A DNA stretch of 64,000 nt, taken from the NCBI GenBank assembly GCA_031835245.2, contig JAVKOQ020000108.1:62001-126000 (forward strand). The letters are read 5' to 3'. The translations under genes and the position numbers were made by a program. Of this stretch, positions 61,657 to 64,000 are shown in pieces (position 1 is the first letter of the stretch; each line of letters opens with the position of its first letter). The DNA comes from Balamuthia mandrillaris (taxonomy: Eukaryota). The notes below the pieces were generated by a model that ran no database searches, was not told the DNA's origin, and saw nothing but the letters and a program-made list of their open reading frames with translations.

Positions 61657-61983
61657 GTCCTACACCGCGAGTCGATTACCGTTGCAGATGTCGTCGTGTC
61701 GTCGTGTGTTCCCCCTTTCACTTGGATACGGAATTTTTGCCTTTTTGAGATATGTATGATGTCATCCAGCCATGTGTCGACAACTATTTGATTTATGATT
61801 GGCTCTTATTTCAACAGAGATCTGCTGCAATCTTTCACTGTTGCTGCTTAAGAAAGCAAAAGTCAACTTTCCTCTTCGGATCTGTACAATAGATCATCTG
61901 GAAGCATGGCAACGAACACACCCCGGAACGCCATCTCTCTCGGGAGAACCCTTTCCGCTTTTTGCCCAAAAGCTGGTTGGCTC

Positions 61984-63186
61984 CTACGTCCGCCAGTGCG
62001 GCTGACGAGTTGCTGCTGCTGTCGTGGCTGCTCCAGACACACATGAGCTCAAGAGGGAGGGGGTGGGGCCACGGGCAAACGACGGAGTAGAGAAGGCCGT
62101 GGTTGTGGCGGCGCTTCTTTGCCATTCGCCTGGCGGTTGCGGTTGTAGGAGTTGCGGCGAAGAAGAGCCGTTGGGCCAGAAAGAAGGCACATGCTTCCCC
62201 CCTTCCTCCTCTCCCGCTTGCGTCCTCGTCTTTGAGCTCTTCTTTGGAGCTTTTTTGGGGCGGTCCAGATAAAAGTCGAGTTCGTTGGGACCCTGGCGGA
62301 GGAAGCTTTTCTTCACTCTCATGCCTTTCTTCCTGCGGAGCTCCGTCAGCCGCTGTCGTTCGATGTCGAAGCTTGTTCGTTCCCTATTTTCATCTTCCTT
62401 GGGTTGACCTTTCTTTGGTCGTTTCGAAACTCTAGTCTTGCTGTCGGAGGTTTGTGACGAATCCGTTTCGACACTTCGCCTCGGCTTTTTGGAAGGAGGT
62501 GAGCCACTGGTTGAGCGTGCGTTCTGAAGGTCATCATCTTCATCTTTTTCGCTCCGCTCTTGGCGATCTTCTATTTTGAAATGTTGATGAAGATGATGTT
62601 CTTCTGCTGAGTGCTGTGCTTGTTCACTCGTTCTTCTTGCGTGAAGCTCGGGCCTGTTTGTAGGAGGCCCGTTTGTGAAGGAGGAGTGAGAATAGCAGGC
62701 CGTCACTTGGTTGGAGTAGAGGGTATGGGTCGCTGGTGAAAAAGATGAGCCCCGGTTCCATCTGATCTCTTGTGGAGGTTCTTCAGGCCAACTTGAGGGA
62801 AGGGATTGCAACCAGGGTGCCGGGGTGACGCAGGGAGCAGCAGGGTGTGCAAGAGGCGGTGTCGCGTAGGACGAGTAAGCCGAGGACAACAGAGGAGGTG
62901 GAGAAGGCTCGTTGAAGGGGGCTCCCAGCGACATCTTTCCTCGGTTGTCCCTGTAAGTGAACAAACAACAACCGCAGGGGGGCTGTTCCAGGAGGGGGGC
63001 AGATGGCTGATAGGGATAGCTGGGCGGAGGGTAAGCCCGTGGGTCAGGGTAGTAGTTGTGGAAGGCTGTAGGATCTGGAGAAGATGAGGATGAGCCAGGA
63101 ACAGGAATAGGGATAGCTGGGCGAAGGTTGTGGGAAAAACGAAGAGTGCATGGGCGGCTTTCCGATGGTGTCCTCCAGTCTGTCAT
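61984..63186 (-). CDS. Hypothetical Pro/Ser-rich protein with basic NLS-like clusters, intronless
   Basis: 400-aa ATG-initiated ORF not caused by simple repeats; PPSKKPRR, KRPKK, RRKK; no domain recognised. Confidence 0.55.
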   Translation of the reverse strand: MTDWRTPSESRPCTLRFSHNLRPAIPIPVPGSSSSSPDPTAFHNYYPDPRAYPPPSYPYQPSAPLLEQPPCGCCLFTYRDNRGKMSLGAPFNEPSPPPLLSSAYSSYATPPLAHPAAPCVTPAPWLQSLPSSWPEEPPQEIRWNRGSSFSPATHTLYSNQVTACYSHSSFTNGPPTNRPELHARRTSEQAQHSAEEHHLHQHFKIEDRQERSEKDEDDDLQNARSTSGSPPSKKPRRSVETDSSQTSDSKTRVSKRPKKGQPKEDENRERTSFDIERQRLTELRRKKGMRVKKSFLRQGPNELDFYLDRPKKAPKKSSKTRTQAGEEEGGKHVPSFWPNGSSSPQLLQPQPPGEWQRSAATTTAFSTPSFARGPTPSLLSSCVSGAATTAAATRQPHWRT

Positions 63187-64000
63187 TCAGCAATCGAGCA
63201 ATCGACGGTCAGGTTGTTAACGGAGATCGACAGAAAAAAAAATATGTATAGATGAGAAGGGAACCTACGTTCGTTGTAGGGGAGTGTGCTTCGTGCTTTG
63301 TTTGTTGTTGTTGCGATGGTTCAAGAAACCAAAAGAAGAGAGAAAATAAAAAAAGAACACACACAAATACAACAACAACAAAAAAGATAAAAGAAAGCGA
63401 AGACTTGTATGGACTTTCTAAACCTGAAAAAAAAAACCTTTTCAAAACAGACTCTCAAAAAAAAAAAAAAAGCAAAACTTGCTTGTTTATCGCACATGCA
63501 CTCTCGCATTTTCCGCTCACTTTCTCCTGCCTCCTGCCAGAGGCAATCCATGTCATTTGCCCCAAAACGGCCGCACCCCTCGTCCTGCCCCCCATTGGGA
63601 CTGACCAGGGCGCACCGGCAAACGACCCCTTTTTGGATCTGTCACGGGATGATGGTCGGAGAGATGGCCATCTGTCGGTTTATCTGTATTCCCATTGTAG
63701 ATGATCTGCTGGGTAGATCCGACTGATATTCTGGTTGTTTATGGGCCTCATGGGCAGATTTGTTGTAGCCAAAAGGAATAAACTGCAGCTCCAACACACG
63801 GTGGAGAGACAACGGAAGATGCCACGAGAAGCTGTGCGTAACGCCACCGGCCGCACGCACACCCTCTGAATAAAGAAAAAAAGGGCATAGGAGTGCTTCT
63901 TGAGTAAGTTGGTTTTAAAAACTTTGAGGAAATGCTTCTCTTTTTTCCACTAAGCATCTTTCTATTGCGTTACACTTTCGGAATACAGGGGAAGAGGCAA

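Overview
Gene-dense eukaryotic DNA with many short GT-AG introns full of microsatellites. The gene content (ABP34/TolA-like, CD36/LIMP-II, FG-GAP receptor kinase, sAC-type STAND cyclase, GCPW-type ankyrins) suggests a free-living amoebozoan of the Acanthamoeba/Balamuthia type; this is inference. About 25 protein genes or gene relics and one atypical tRNA gene are recognisable. The main finding is a non-autonomous transposon (~59136-61656) carrying an apparently intact Fanzor (eukaryotic TnpB-like RNA-guided RuvC nuclease, 578 aa) with an extra N-terminal C2H2 zinc finger. The element has ~45-bp imperfect inverted repeats, a 9-10-bp flanking direct repeat and a foldable omegaRNA region, so a guide and TAM can be predicted. 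Other points of interest: a tRNA with an Ala-like body but a GCA anticodon, a palindrome TGTCGACA repeated near gene starts, a ~205-nt multibranch fold, two Tyr-Asp-Gly-Gly repeat surface proteins, a receptor kinase with an ectodomain-only paralogue, and a degenerate-looking cyclase-STAND protein. Multi-exon gene spans were assembled by eye and are approximate.
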